A stretch of DNA of 64,000 nt from NCBI GenBank assembly GCA_030265395.1, contig JARFYF010000051.1, forward strand, positions 25,379,515 through 25,443,514. Direction: 5' to 3'. This stretch comes from Rhina ancylostomus (Eukaryota). Both the position numbers and the translations under genes were made by a program. Within the stretch, counting starts at the first letter, position 1, and each line of letters begins with the position of its first letter. Below, one piece after another: positions 27,111 to 40,929 of this stretch. The notes under the pieces were generated by a model. The model did not search any database and had not been told where the DNA came from. It saw only the letters and a list, made by a program, of their open reading frames with translations.

Positions 27111-28431
27111 GGCAGCATCAAAAAAACTGATGCTCTGTCTGTATCTTTAGTTAATTATTTGCCTATTTTCAACTTTAAAGCATTGACCTGATCTAATTCC
27201 TCCCCTTTGCATAGAGTTTCTGATAGGAAGATTCAATAATCTTTTATTTCTGTTGCTGGCTGTGGCTTTAGGATCAACTCCCAGAGAGATGATGCAAATG
27301 CCTGACAATTGTCATTCACACCCTTTCTCTAGTATTACTGTTGGAAATGAAAACATTGTGAGGACCTCTGGGGGAGCTCTTGCCCCATTACCTCGTCGTA
27401 CCAGCTGGAAAGCGAATGCTACCCAAGGGGTCATTGTTTGAAGTTCCTCATTACCACAATTTGCTGCTGTTATATATCATGCTCAGCAATGGAAAGAGTG
27501 GCCAGTAATAGTGGTAAGTTGCGAGACAAAAGTGGTAGAAAGTATCAGCAAGAGCTATCATCACCCAGGTTTATTAATTCAACATACCAAAGATTTCAGT
27601 GAAGAATTTAATGGAAATCAAGATCACTTTGGCTTAATAGATAATGCAAGATACCCAGTCCATGGTTGCTGGTACATTTTAAAACATTGCTAATCAATTT
27701 TCTGTAGCCATCCTTTGCTCTTTCAGAGAAGAAGGAGTCGTATATCCTTCTACAAGGTGATACTTCATAGCTCTCCAGAACTTTTGATTTGCATGTCTGA
27801 GCACTTCAAGTATTTCCCTCAAGTGTACATTCATCAGGTGACTGTTACCACAGAAAGAGACCACATGGATGATGCAGGCAGTTATGCTGTCCAGGCACCT
27901 CCTCAACAACTGGTCATCTCAACCTAACAGTTCATCCTTCTACTTCTTCCTTCCTCAGCTGTTTATGTTGCTTCACTATAAACAAATCCATGCTGTTTTC
28001 CGCAGCCACTCCTTGTGGGAATACATCGATATTCTGGCGATGCTTCTTTCAACAGCTTTCAGGAAGTGCTTCTTTTGATCCATGAATGGCAAATGGGCAG
28101 CACAGAGGCACAGCTTACAGAGCTACTGCCTCACAGCTCCAGCAATGTCATCTTCCGTGCAATGTTTTGGACTCCTTTCTTCCCAACCATCAATCTTCCA
28201 ATCCTTCTGAACTCAACTTGTACAAAGGAGCTTTCAAACCCCTATAGAAAGTTTCCAATCCTTGCAAAATTTGGCAATGACTCAAAGCTAACAGTAACAC
28301 AAAACTATGGTATGAAATATGATAGAAAATACAGAACTTTAACCAATTTCTTAATTAATATCTGTAAAAATAAGTCTCATCACTTGCTGTGTTCATTATT
28401 AATATTATGGCATTACAAGAGAATGTAACGA

Positions 28432-28765
28432 CATAGCACACAATGGCATAGCTAGTAGAACTGCTGCCCCACAGCTCCAGCAACCCAGCTTCAATCCTGA
28501 CTTCCGGTGCTCTCTGTGTGGAACTCGCACACTGATCACGTATGTTACCTCAGGGTGCTCCCGTTTCCTCCCACCTGCCAAACATGTTTGGAAGGTTTAT
28601 TGGCCATTGTAAGTATTGTCCTTGGTATATATGTGAGTGGCAGAATCTGAGGAGAATTGATGGAAATGTGGAGATTAGTGTAAATGAATGCTTGAATGTC
28701 AGGGTGGACTCAGTGGGCCAAAGAACCTGCTTCAGGGCTGAATGATTCTATCGCTTCCATGATTA
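28432..28765 (+). mobile_element. V-SINE (HE1-like)
   Basis: gcacacaatggcatagctagtagaactgctgcccca..ttcaatcctgacttccggtgctctctgtgtgga..gggccaaagaacctg; a head-only fragment also lies at ~28095-28145. Confidence 0.85.
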
Positions 28766-29199
28766 TCAGCTCTAAAGTTATAATTAGGGCTATCAAGTGA
28801 ATAAAAACATTAATTGTGATTAATGATGCAATAAAAGCACTAATTACGGATTTATTACACTTTTAATCAGAATGTAAAACAATGGAATACCAATATTTTT
28901 GATGAGTACAAAAGAAAGCTCTTTACCTTTGAGAGAGATCAGATACAGAGAGAGAGTGATGGAGTTGAGTGAGGGGATGAATGGAGGAAGGGGAGTCAAC
29001 AGGAGCATCTTCTTTTGTTTCAGGTGTGTTGAGAATGTCTCTGCAGTGAGAGTTTGGGCTGCCCACTGGTGAGATTTCATGTACAGAAAAAGTCAGTTTA
29101 CAGGAGTGGTGGACAACGTGTAAGTGTTTAGCCACAGAAGCCCCATTGCAAAGAAGTATGCAGTTGTCTATTATGGACTATAGTTATTACTTATTATTT

Positions 29200-30900
29200 T
29201 TCCAAGATCTGTGGGTTGCTAGCAAGGCTTATATTTATTATCCATCCCTCAGAAGTTGATAATAAGCTGCTTTCTTGAAATACTGTTTTTCTTCTGGTGG
29301 TACTCCAGCAATTCAGCTGTGGAGGAGTTAACTGGATTTGGACTCAGTGACAATGAAGAATTGGCCATTTACTTTCAAATCAGGATAGTGTGAGATTTAG
29401 AAGAGAATCTGTGGGTGGTGGTGATTCTATTTGCTACTGTTCTCATCTTCCTTGGTGATATATGTTTGGGAGGTGCTGTTGGAGTGGCCTTGTTGAGTAG
29501 CTGCAGTGCATGGTAAAATCTAGAGCCTCTATGTGCTAATGGTGGAGAGAATGAATAACTTGGGCCTTGGAAGGTCCTTAGGGTGTCAGGAAGTGAGTCA
29601 TTCACTGCAGCATGCCCAGCTNNNNNNNNNNNNNNNNNNNNNNNNNNNNNNNNNNNNNNNNNNNNNNNNNNNNNNNNNNNNNNNNNNNNNNNNNNNNNNN
29701 NNNNNNNNNNNNNNNNNNNNNTGTCCTGCTCTTGTAGCCATAATCTTTATGTGGCTGGTCTAGCTAAGCAACTGGCCAAATTGAGATCCCCAGCATGTTG
29801 ATGGAGAGGGACTAATTGATGGTAATACCATTGAATTCCAAGGGTAGGTAGCTAGACTCTCTCTGTTGGAAACATCTCTCCCTGCCACTAATTATTGTCT
29901 AAATGTTTTCTAAGTCATCGCATGAAGCAAAGGGCTGCTTCATCAGCAGAGGAGTTGCAAATGGAATTTAACATTGTGCTATCATCTACAAGTATCCCCA
30001 CTATTGACTTCATGAAGAACCATCTGAAGATGGTTGGGCCTAGGATGCTGCCCCCAAGAAGTCCTCTAGTGATGTAGGATTTGACCTCCATTAATTGAAA
30101 CTGTCTCCTTTTATGTATGATATGATTCCAGGCACTGGAGTGTTTTCTCCTTGATGCCCATTGACAAGTTTTACCAGAGTCCTTGATGAAACACCTGACA
30201 AAATGCTGCCTTGGTATCAAGGACATTCGCCCTTGTTTTGACTCTGGAATTTACCTCTTTGATCCATGCTTGGACCAAGGCTGTGATGAGATTTGGAGAG
30301 GAGTGATCCTGCTAAATTTAAACCGGACATCAGGAAGCAGATTATTGGTGAGTAAATCCCACTTGATAACACTGTCAGTAACACCTTACATTACTTTGCT
30401 GATGGTTGAAAGTAGAGTGATTGAATGATAGTGAGATACCTGGTCAATTTTCCATATTGCCAGGTAGATGTCAGTGTTGTAACTGTATTGGAGCAACTTA
30501 GTGAGGGGTCTGGCTGGTTCTGGAGTGCAGATCTTCAGTTCTACTGCAGGGATGTTGTCTGCTCCTTATGCTTATGCTATATCCAGTGCACTCAGTAGTT
30601 TCTTGATATCACGTAGTGTGAATTAAATTGGCTGAAGACAGGCTTCAGTGATTGTGAGGATCTCAGGAGGAAACTGAGAATGGTTGTGAATGCTTCAGCC
30701 TTGTCTTCAGCACTCACATGCTGGGCCGTGCTGACAGTGAGGATGGGGATATACTTGGAGCGTCTTCCTCCTCCCATTAGTTGTTTAATTCTCCAGCACC
30801 ATTCACAGCTGGAAGTCTTAATACTGCAGGGTTTCACTCTGATCTGTTGGCTGTGAGATCACTTAGCCCCACGTATTGCATGCTGCTTTTGCTGTATTTC
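29200..30900 (-). mobile_element. CR1/Crack-type LINE, decayed
   Basis: - strand GSILGPTIF, SLIPRQHF (LDIKAAFD region), AQHVSAEDKAEAF; tail at 29200-29520. Confidence 0.85.
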
Positions 30901-30929
30901 AGTATCACTCATTAATCTGACTCTGACAT

Positions 30930-31500
30930 AGGTCATGGAGTCATAGGGTGATACAGCATGGACACAGGCCCTTCAGCCCTTTGCATCTGCACCAACCATC
31001 AACCACCCATTTTATACTAATCCTACATTAATCTCATTTTTTTATTCCCTCTGCATTCTCTTTAACTCTCTACCACTCACCTATACATACAGTGCCTATT
31101 TAACCTACCAACTTGCGCAGATTTGGGATGTGTGTGTTAGTGGACACTTTCACATTGGCTATTGCATGCTGATGGTTGTTTGGTCTAGCCTCTGAATGCA
31201 GCAATAATCTCATCAGCCGGAATATTTCCAGGCCCAATGATACGATCTTCAAGAACATCGNNNNNNNNNNNNNNNNNNNNNNNNNNNNNNNNNNNNNNNN
31301 NNNNNNNNNNNNNNNNNNNNNNNNNNNNNNNNNNNNNNNNNNNNNNNNNNNNNNNNNNNNATAGGAAATAGGATGAGAAGCAGGTCATACAGCTCCACAG
31401 GTCTGCTCTGACATTCAATAAGCTCATGGCTGATGTTATCTTTGGTTCAACTCCACTCTCCTGCTTGATCTCCATAACCCTCAATTCCATTATACATTTC
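30930..31500 (-). mobile_element. SINE tail plus LINE/CR1 fragments around a gap
   Basis: 30930-31135 matches the SINE tails at 14860 and 32600; 31361-31500 is a CR1 tail. Confidence 0.7.
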
Positions 31501-32599
31501 CCTCTATCTTTTCGATGACACTGAGCATCCCACAGTAACATTGGAATGGATAAACTCTGTTAACCTTTCTGGTAAAGTTTCTGTGTTCAGGTTAAAGTCC
31601 CATCAATTAGTCAAGCATCAGAATGACATTGCAAAGTAATAAAACTTCAACAATACAGTCAGGATTTACAACTAAAGCTGGTTTTGACCTATTAATCAAA
31701 ATTCCTATCTCATTAAATCCATTTCCATGTAAAGGTGACACAAAATGCAAAAGTACTTCATAATGAAAGTATTTTGTCAGAATAGAAAATAAAATGGGCA
31801 AGTTGTCTCCAACTAAAATATAACTTTAATGGATAATTGAAAGGTAATGGACACTTAAAGTTTTCACCGTGTTCTCTGGGGACCATCAACAAATTGCACA
31901 TAATAAATGGAACTCATTGGCTGAAGCTAGAAATTATTTAAAGGGAATTGTTTAACATTCTCTACAAGTTTTCATTTGTCATGAAACTATTACTAAGAAA
32001 TCTGGCCAGCTCCTGAGCAATATTTCTGGAATGATTGATTATAGCTCAAAACAGATAATCTTAAACCCCTAGAAGGCATTTGCAAAAATATAGAACAGCC
32101 CAAGCACTCTAATACTGATGCATGGCATATTAGAAACCGGAATGAAAAGAAAGCTTCCAGGACAATGAATTTAAATTTTTCAATATAAACATGCAAATGC
32201 TTAGCATAATTTCAAAAGTTCCTTTGTGCATCACTTTAGTAGAATTGCCACTTTGTTCGTTTTAAGTGGTTAATACCTCTGTTAAAATAGCAAAGAAATT
32301 TCTTACAAAATGATTAACTGAGCGTAAGATAATATTCAAACAGCCTAATTTCAGTTTATGTCGGGGGACTCATGGAACTGAACTCATTTGCAATGCAGAA
32401 AAAAAGGATCAAAGAAGGTTTATTATCCAGCTCATTAAAGTGATGAAGAGAAAGGATAAGGCAGATTTAAGCAAATTACTTGCCTTGAACTTTGACCATG
32501 AGGCTAGAGGACACGAGTAAAGGTAATACATCTCTTACAAGGTGAGAGATGAAAATTAACTCTCCACAGTTAAAGCCTTTGTGGAAGAGACACAGCTCT

Positions 32600-32945
32600 G
32601 TCATAGAGTGCTGGAGAGATACAGCACAGAAACAGACCCTTCAGCTCACCAGGCTCATGAAAACTATCAATCACCCATTTACAATAATCCTATATTAATT
32701 CCATTTTTTTATCCTCCCCACATAATCATCACCTTCCCTCAGATTCTTCCACTCACCTACACACTGGGACAATTTATAGTGGCTAATTAACCACCAATCT
32801 GCATGGCTTTGGGATGTGAGAGGAAACTGATGCAGCCATAGGGAGAATGTGCAAACTCCACACAGACACAACCCGAGGTCAGGATTGAACCTGAGTCTCG
32901 AGTGATATGAGGCAGCAACTCTACTGGCTGCATGACTGTACTTCC
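32600..32945 (-). mobile_element. V-SINE (HE1-like)
   Basis: gggagaatgtgcaaactccacacagaca..aggattgaacctgagtc is the reverse V-domain and B-box. Confidence 0.85.
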
Positions 32946-34318
32946 TTGAGTGCATTCAACGTTGATTGATACAATGAAAAGGAAAAGAATGGATAAAATC
33001 TGAATAATGGACTAAAGATTAAAAAGACAGATAGAGCTGGCCAAATATACAGAACATGAAGTGAACTCTGTTACTGCTATAATACTGGTTATCCATGCAG
33101 CCTAACTGGTTAGGGTTACATGGATTATGTGAGTCATTCTACTTTACACAAGCATCCATGGTTGTCTTTTGAGGAGTTACTGGCTATTACACAATACATT
33201 TCTGTGTATTTTACAGTAAATTCTGACCCCCAAGATCTGATAATCTTAAATGACTGAACATTTCAATTATGAAAACTTATGTCACATCCAACCATAAAAA
33301 AATTACGGCTAAGTTATTCCAACCACTGTAAAGGCAATATATAAATTTAACTAAGTTTATTGTCACTGTTGTTTTAAGGATTGAAAGTCATTCAATCTAC
33401 TGTAACATGAATGGATAGAAAGGGAAAAAAATGGTACACTAATAGACAAGCTGTAAAACCATTAAATAGAGATACTGTTGAGAAGATTCCCTGAGTGCAT
33501 TTTAAGTAGACAGAACAGAAACATCACAGGGTTCTTGTAGCCAGGAAGACTATGACTGGGTAATTGGTAAAGTTATTAATGGAGCAGTTTCCCTGTAACA
33601 GCAAGAGAGCTTTTCATTTCACAAATGTTTTTTAAATGGAGTCCTAAACATGTTCAAGGCAAATGAAGAACGACTCATGCCACCAGGAAAACAGTGTGCA
33701 GCCCTTTCAGCTATTTTAAATGATAATCGGCACTGCAGGCTATACCTCGGAGAAGATACTCAGAGCTAAAAATAGGCTGGTGGAGTAAAATATTACCTCG
33801 ATTTGAAGTACCTATATCATATAAATGAAAACATTAACCATGTTAAAAAATTATTTCTGCAACAGAAATAGATGAAGCGAGCCCAATAGATCTTCTCATA
33901 AGGCCATTTTAGATGAATAGAGAGGAAGAACGCTCCAAGCTGTTGCTGGTAACTTCATCAGAGTATTTCCCCCAGGAATTGTCCAATGTTCCACCGCTAA
34001 GCAGAAACCCTAGTGGTATATTGTTAAGTGAATGAAAGTGGTACAATTAGATGAGAGCATTTTCAAACATCATTTAATCCATGCTGCTTTGCAACAAGGA
34101 TCCCCGTTGTGTCTGTGTGTTCAGTGCAATGCCCTGCTGAGATCTGAGGTGCGTACTCACATAGATACCTGTTCNNNNNNNNNNTGCCATCTTTGCATTT
34201 ATGTCTGATGAAAAAGTGATTGCACTTTATACTTAAATGCATTAAATGTATGAAGAAAACCATGACTTTTCACCTCTTGCCTTTCATGGTGGGCTTGACA
34301 TTACTATTTTTTGCACAG

Positions 34319-34890
34319 CTGAATGTAATGTGATTACAAGTCATATAAAAGGGATTGAAAGTATTTACACCAAGCACATGAAACATGATTTAAATGTGAT
34401 TTGCTTGACTGTGATGCAGTTCTAGGTATGTAAAAACACTGGCTGATTGTTTTAAATGAAACACAAGTTCAGCAGAAAAAAATAAATAGCTGAATATGTG
34501 AATATAATAAAGGGAAGTTGCCTGGAATTTCCAACGGATCCTGATGGGGTAACAGTGACTGTTTCAGTTATTCCCTCCTCTGCTGAAAACTGGGGGATGG
34601 GGGTGCACTGAAGCCCAGTAGGTCAGAGAATGAGAGGTGCAATTATGTTCTACCTGTTTTTCAGAAACCTCTGAATATGCTATGTGCTTTGCACCTTATT
34701 CCTCCTGTAGCTAAACCTTACAAATGTGCCTTACTCTGCAGAGAGCAGCACACAACTATTCAGGAACCTCTGAATGATACTCTTGATCTGTATAGAGGGC
34801 CTGAAGAACATCTTCAGTTCACCAATATTGCTCTGTAGATCAGATCGATTCACTGCACCACTCACGAGTCTCAGTGTAATGGTGGAAGTA
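34319..34890 (+). pseudogene. Two probable exon relics
   Basis: tttttgcacag|...tag|gtatgt (34319-34425), and ctctgcag|..TIQEPLNDTLDLY..DQIDSLHH (34742-34890). Confidence 0.35.
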
Positions 34891-34989
34891 ATGTAAAATG
34901 TTTTACTGGTACGGTTGTATCTTTAGCATTACTGATGTAACCCATTGGTACTGATTATATTGCCCACTTTCTTACTGATACACAGTACT

Positions 34990-35500
34990 AGCTTCATTTC
35001 ACCCCTGCATCATATAGATGGGTAGCAGCAGCAACGTTTTAAGTGAGGATCCTTGTCTCCTGGCAGATGCAGAGAACATGCAGGTGGTGCCCACAGAAAG
35101 ATGCTCTTGTTCTGCATGCCAGCTGCACACTAAAAGAGTTACCATCTCCGGGATGATCTGGGGATGCCTTAATTCCCATGTGCGTGGCATTGATGACATC
35201 CTGAACTTGTGGAAGAGCCACAGAAACAGGGCATCAGCTCTAGACAGCAGGAAAACAGTGCATGATTTCCAACCAGGCAAACAGACCAGCAGTCAGCCTT
35301 GTGCACATGTGTGGCACTGATTGGAAGAATCTCTGCCAGTGTGCTGAAAAGGTTCAGAGGCAAGAGTGACAAAAAGTCAATGACAATAGGTCCAGTTCTT
35401 GTTGCCTGCAAACGTTTGCCATTCCCTTCTGAGAAACTAGTTTTACAATATACTGAGGAAGCTTAGAGGTTCTGCCTGTAAACCCCAAGGACTGGTGTGG
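34990..35500 (-). mobile_element. PIF/Harbinger transposase relic
   Basis: ALPQVQDVINATHMGIKASP..SVQLAC..LHV resembles the Harbinger/HARBI1 motif GFPxVxGAIDCTHVxIKAP..SLNVQLVCD. Confidence 0.75.
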
Positions 35501-36501
35501 TCTCCTGTATGCTAAACCTCACTGCTGCTCCTCTGTGTCCTCTGGACTGGAGACATGTGATGAGACAACTGTTGCTGCTGATGGAACTCCTGCTGATGCT
35601 ACAGGAACTGTTTCTACTGCTCCTGCTGGTCATCTTTGACCTTCATTTGTGGCCCAACATTACACAGTGCAAGTGGCTCCCATGCTAATCTCATAGATCA
35701 GTGTTCCAGAGTACAGATATAACAATCAAAGTTATTTCACAGCACAAGTGTAGGCAAGAAAGCAGATGCTAGTGCAAGGTGCATTCGTTATTAGCATAAT
35801 TCCCTGCCACCTCTTCAAAATGATATTGCAAAAGCCATGTTAACAGGGTATTTAACATCATGATATTGATAAGACTGACTCCCGAGGTGGATACTCATTT
35901 GTAGCCTGATGCATTGGAATTAAATACAGAAGTCAGTGAATTGGGAAGAGCTATGTCAACCACTGTCATCACCTCACCTTCCTGCCCCATTCCCACTACT
36001 GCCCTTTGCTCTCAAATTCATGCATTCCTGCAAATTAAAATTCAGCCCAATGGTCCTGATTTTAACCTAAAGTGGTTATTGTATGCACATGGTTCAAGGA
36101 CACGACAAGCAACCCAGACTTCAACTAAGAGACTGTAATCCACATGGCNNNNNNNNNNACAGCTTACAGTCCAAAACTAAGGGAAATCAATAGGTAGGCA
36201 TTGAGTTGTTGTTGGTGCAAGAGTGTGATATCAAACAGAAGGATGTAAAGTAATGGACCCAGCGCTTAAGTCCAAAGTAGGTCAATTAGGTTTGAGGTGC
36301 AGAAAGTGCCTTATGATCATTGAAAGCAAAGTAGGGCGTGCAGAAGGGAGAGACAGAAGCCCTAAATTTTAATCTTGGGCTCCTAAAGGTATCTACATCG
36401 CCTACAAGGTAGAAATAATCTTTTTATGAAGTTAACAAAGACTCACCACTTTGGTGTCATAGCTGAGACTTATCTTCCCACTAGTCTGATCTTGTCTACA
36501 G

Positions 36502-37665
36502 AAACCCTTAGCTCAACCAATAGCTGCTGGCAAACAAGGACATCATTAAATAGTAAACATTAAGGAAGGACTTACCGAATTTTGGCAGTGAGGTAGCTTG
36601 CCTGCTCAGAAGAACAATTTAGAATTTAAATCTGCAGGAAGAAAGTGGGTTTTCATTGGATGGCACTTTCACAATTTTGTCTTCCTGCCAGTTTAAATTG
36701 TCTTAAAAGTGAAGGTTAAAATCGGCCTTGATTATTTTCCCTTCATGAGGCGTCAAACTTGTAATATTCCATTGTGTTATTACCCCCGTCAGGACCAACA
36801 GTGAAACAAACCTAAGTTTTAAAATGGTGAATTGATTTTTGCTTGCAGGGTCCAATCTTTCCTCTTGTTCTCTATGTTTTAGTGCAGAAAGTGACTGGAG
36901 CCAACAAAGTGAAGCATAGAAATCATCTCATGAATATATAAACTGTACCTTCTTGAACCGATCTGCACTGCAGAATATCTGTGTTTACATGGCAGATGGT
37001 ACAGGGAAAAATTATAACAAAGTTAAAATTCTGTATCCTTTAACTGGAACAAAATATTTTGTGATAAATATATGGCATGACACTTCTAATTAAAATAATT
37101 TCCCAGTATATCACTTCTTTCAATAGACTATAGCCACAATCCCACTCTATGCCCTCAGTCGTGCCTATTTCATATGTGTAATCAGAATTTCAAATATACC
37201 TAAATTCCACAGAGAACTCGACTACCTATCAGTGATCCAGGAGTCACTGCTAGATATATTTCACCAGCTGTTGAAATTAACTGCTGAAAATGTGACTGCT
37301 TCTGGTCAAAAACAGTAATGTATAATTTAAATTTAAGAAACCAAACTGATTCTTCACACTCAACATAGGTTTTGCTGTATGAGTTTTCTCCAATTTTGTT
37401 TGTTTTCTCCCTTTTTTAATTGGATATCAAGAGACACATTTTTATATGTGGTCTGGAGTTTGAAATGAGCAACAAGCAACCCTTCAGGCACTTCAGCAGC
37501 CCCTTGACAGAAGCAGGAATTGTAAATGTCTTCCATCCCTGGGTGTTTTTTATTACAGCTCCACAGAAGGCCTGTGTAAGTCTCTTCAAGAGAATTTCAA
37601 AATAAATGCCGGACTGGGATTTCAAATCTGCACTCAGGTTCAAAGTCTTATTCACCAGATTCTTT
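36502..37665 (+). pseudogene. Three consecutive nesprin C-terminal rod exon relics
   Basis: EFWQ*GSLPAQKNNLE; QKVTGANKVK..NHLMNI..RSALQNI..W (cf. recalled KEVDAKSSLK..GNQLLRL..RSELSRI..W); EMSNKQPFRH..QVQSLIHQ (cf. QMDKLPSRH, QVKHLLQK). Confidence 0.6.
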
Positions 37666-38229
37666 CTTCATTTCTGGTGAATGAATAGAAGTGTTCAAAT
37701 CTGCTGAGATATATTTACTTTTGTAAATAGTCCACAGAAGAGGTTACCCAACTACTGCTGTGGAGCGTTTGCATTCCACTTCTAAGTGTATAAGTGATTG
37801 TAAACTATTCCAGATCTCCTTGTAGCTTGTGCGGTGGATATAAAATTATCAACACATATTCTAAAGCCCAATTTCTGCTCTCCCAATAGGAGACCAAAGA
37901 GAATATGTATGGAATATTCAGCATGTGAAGCATCACAGCCAAGTTCAAAGCTGCCCTCACTCTACAAGTATCAGAATGCATCACTGGACAGGAATTAGAG
38001 AATTTTTCTTACATTGTCCTCAGTCTACAGATATTGGGAACTTTAATTTTATTATTCATTCACATGATATCAGTTTCACTGGTTAGGCCACCATCCATTG
38101 TCTGACCGTACTTGTCCCTGACCAAGTGGCATCCAAGGCCATCCAGAGAGCAGTTAAGAGCCAATCATATTGTTATAAGTCTTGGGTCATAGAGGCCAGT
38201 CTGTGTAAGGACATATATTCATATATTTA

Positions 38230-38448
38230 CAGGTCGCCCCCAGGTTTCAGCAGGATTCAGTTTCTGTGAATTGTTCATAATCCATGCAGTTTGCAAGTTG
38301 GAAATGTGGCCACAAAGCAAGTGCTCACAGTGTAGAAGATGCCAGCAGCTCACAGCAGCCAGAAAATTCATCCCACCGATCTCCCAGGTGCTCGTTCCTA
38401 TGCACAGGCTGTACATAAGTTGGGCGTTCATAAGCTGGGGAGAGCCTG
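38230..38448. mobile_element. Tigger/pogo-like MITE
   Basis: Terminal inverted repeats TA-caggtcgcccccaggttt ... taagctggggagagcctg-T. Confidence 0.65.
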
Positions 38449-39529
38449 TCCTCATTCAAAGGATGAGGGCTTCGCAGGCTGAGCCAGCACTGACATGAAT
38501 GAACCAAGTCAGTTTGTACTGTTTCACAGTCACCTTCTGCTACTAGCTTTTTATTAATTAGTTTTCAAAAAGTTTGTTCACGTCTGTAGCTATCAAGTAA
38601 GATGAGCACATCCATCATTGCCCCCCAGGGGAACCTTTGAGACAGTCACATTGGTAGGTCTGGAGTCACATATAAGCCAGACTAGATCATGATCTTTCTC
38701 TGAAGTATATTAGTGAACAAGATGGCTGTTTAACAATAATCGGATTGTTTGATTGTCATCATCACTGATAATTCCTTCCTCACTAGTATTACACTTCTGG
38801 TCTTTAGGACAGTGATAAGACTCTTGTAGCCCTGTTTTCTTTTCTGACAAGTCTTTGAATTGTTCCCTTGTTGTGAAGCTAGTTTTTCATTGTGGCTTCC
38901 ATGGCTCTTCACAGTATTGATTCCACATGGCCTCATTTCCAGCTGCTTAGAAGGAGTCCATCTTTTATTCTTGACTCACAGTTGTTGTGTCACTTCACTG
39001 CTGTGACTCAAACCATTTTTTTTATTTGTATTAAATCTGTATATTTCAAAAAAACAATTCTTGGTATGTGTCTTGGTTTTGATCATGTCAGCCTTCATGT
39101 GAATAACTTTCCTTTGGCTTTCACCACTGCCTGTTATTGACCATCATATACAGTATCAGACAGAACCTCTCCACAGCTGCTTTTGCAACATATTGTGTTC
39201 TTTCACTGCACAGCTTGGTTAGCACTGTGCCTGACCCCCAACCTGGGGAATCAGGGTGTCTAGATTACATGACCCCTCCTCCTCAGACCAATGAGGCATG
39301 GCTGAATCTGCCAAAAGCAAAAGTCCCCACCAACACAGACACTGAGCATCATCAGAGCACAGAAACTGCCCCACCACAGCAAGGCACACACACCCGGGGA
39401 CAGTCCATTTCTGAGACTAATTTCATATTCCGGATATCATTTATTTTATTTTATTTAAATCTCTCAGATACCGGGGCCATTGAGGTGAGTGGTGGAGATT
39501 CAAACTCATGTCTCCAGATCAATGGATCA

Positions 39530-39674
39530 ATTCTTCTTAGGGTTGGACAGATCAAGGGATATGAGGAGAAAGCTGGAACAGGGTATTGAATTTCAATAAT
39601 CAGCCATGATCATCCTGAATCATGGAGCAAGCTTGAAAGGTCAAATGGCCTACTCATGCTCCTTCTTTCTATGT
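39530..39674 (+). mobile_element. CR1 3' tail
   Basis: atcaagggatatgaggagaa..cagccatgatc..aaatggcctactcatgctccttctttctatgt. Confidence 0.8.
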
Positions 39675-40410
39675 CTTGATGTTAACTGCCCAGTCCTCTT
39701 CATACATATCCAATAGCTTAAATGCTGCCACAACCTAAAACAGTATGGGACAGTGTTACCTCCATTACTTGTATCATCCAACTGCTTCAAGGAACAGGAA
39801 AAAATTAGAATAAAGACTTGGGCCTGGAAAAGCATCTGTGCTGGTCTTCTGGCACTGAGCAGATGATTTTCGAGGCCATATTCCTTTTCTGCATCAAAAT
39901 TAAAATTTACATAATTGTTTGCAAAATTAGATCTTTAATGTATTCCATTGTCATGTAGAGACTTGTTAAGAGCTATGCTTCCTTGGTTTAATTATTTAAT
40001 AGATTTTAAACTTGAGATTAATCAGATTGACAAAATATATTGTCTTTTTCAACAAGCCAGACTCTCACCAAAAGTGATTTTAGTTTCTAAAACATTAAAT
40101 GTAAGTGCATTTTAAATGGTTAAATTTGTTCCTTTGCCATTTAAAATTATGTTTTTTAATTAGTAGCAGAGTTTTCAATGGTGCAACATTAGTCATCAAT
40201 TTTAAGTATTTTGTGGAAAACAATGATATGGTTTTCTTTCAAACAGCACTGAGAGTGGGCCTGAAATGATGTTAAGATACAAAATGCTCAGATGGGTGAT
40301 TTTCTGCTCTGTGAACGATCCTTGTAAGGATGCAGTTTTCAAGAGGAGGAGGGGATTTACACAAGAATAGATTACTGGGGATGCAGTGGATGCCAATATT
40401 CGACACAAGG
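39675..40410 (+). pseudogene. Nesprin exon relics
   Basis: LDVNCPVL (cf. IDINCKQL) directly after a CR1 tail; CFKEQ..AWKSI; QMGD..ERSL*GC (cf. RIGDQASVQNALKDC). Confidence 0.45.
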
Positions 40411-40929
40411 ATGGGGGTGGAATTTTAACTCTTGTGGGCAGGTAGGTTTGGGGGCAGGTCGGTTTGGGAGCAGGTGGGAATGAGGGCTAAATCTACAAAA
40501 CTGATGGCTTGTCAGAAGTCTTAAAACAAATCCACTGACTTTTAGACTTAACACAATTGTGTGAGTTTGTGATCAGAATTCCCCTGATAAAGCTGAATTG
40601 TCAATGTAACTATACATTAATTTCTTTTATATAGCAGCTCCCTGTAATGCAGACATTGCTGGCAACACCAACATTTATTACCTATTCCTTACTGGTCTGA
40701 ACTGAGGCATTTAAGAGTCATCCCACTGGTGGGCCTGGGTGAGATAAAGGCCAGTCAAGATAAAGATGTTTCCTTTCCAGAAGGACCATAGTGAACAAGG
40801 TAGGCTTGTGTGACAATCCTGTCATTTCATTATTATTAGGTTTTCTTCTGAAGTTCCAGATTTATTTGATTGCTGGGATTTAAATTTTCTGGTTGCTGTA
40901 ACAGAACTCAAAATTGACTCTTACTTATT

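Larger units (their letters stand above)
22690..34060 (+). pseudogene. Giant-exon region of the nesprin relic (one or a few multi-kb exons, interrupted by transposons)
   Basis: Purine-rich + strand with repeated spectrin-like peptides: NNKWRLYLQ (23.4k); EYAEKL*EIVTWL (25.7k); KLRQENEHHVELQQDIR..HYSEKLQYCDGW (26.0k); LQEAPWPRVAMRNKDARLERWRELL (26.8k); KYRTL..KNKSHHLLCSLLILW (28.3k); HNKWNSLAEARNYLKGIV*HSLQ..KKSGQLLS (31.9k); ANEERLMPPGKQCAALSAIL (33.7k). Confidence 0.65.
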
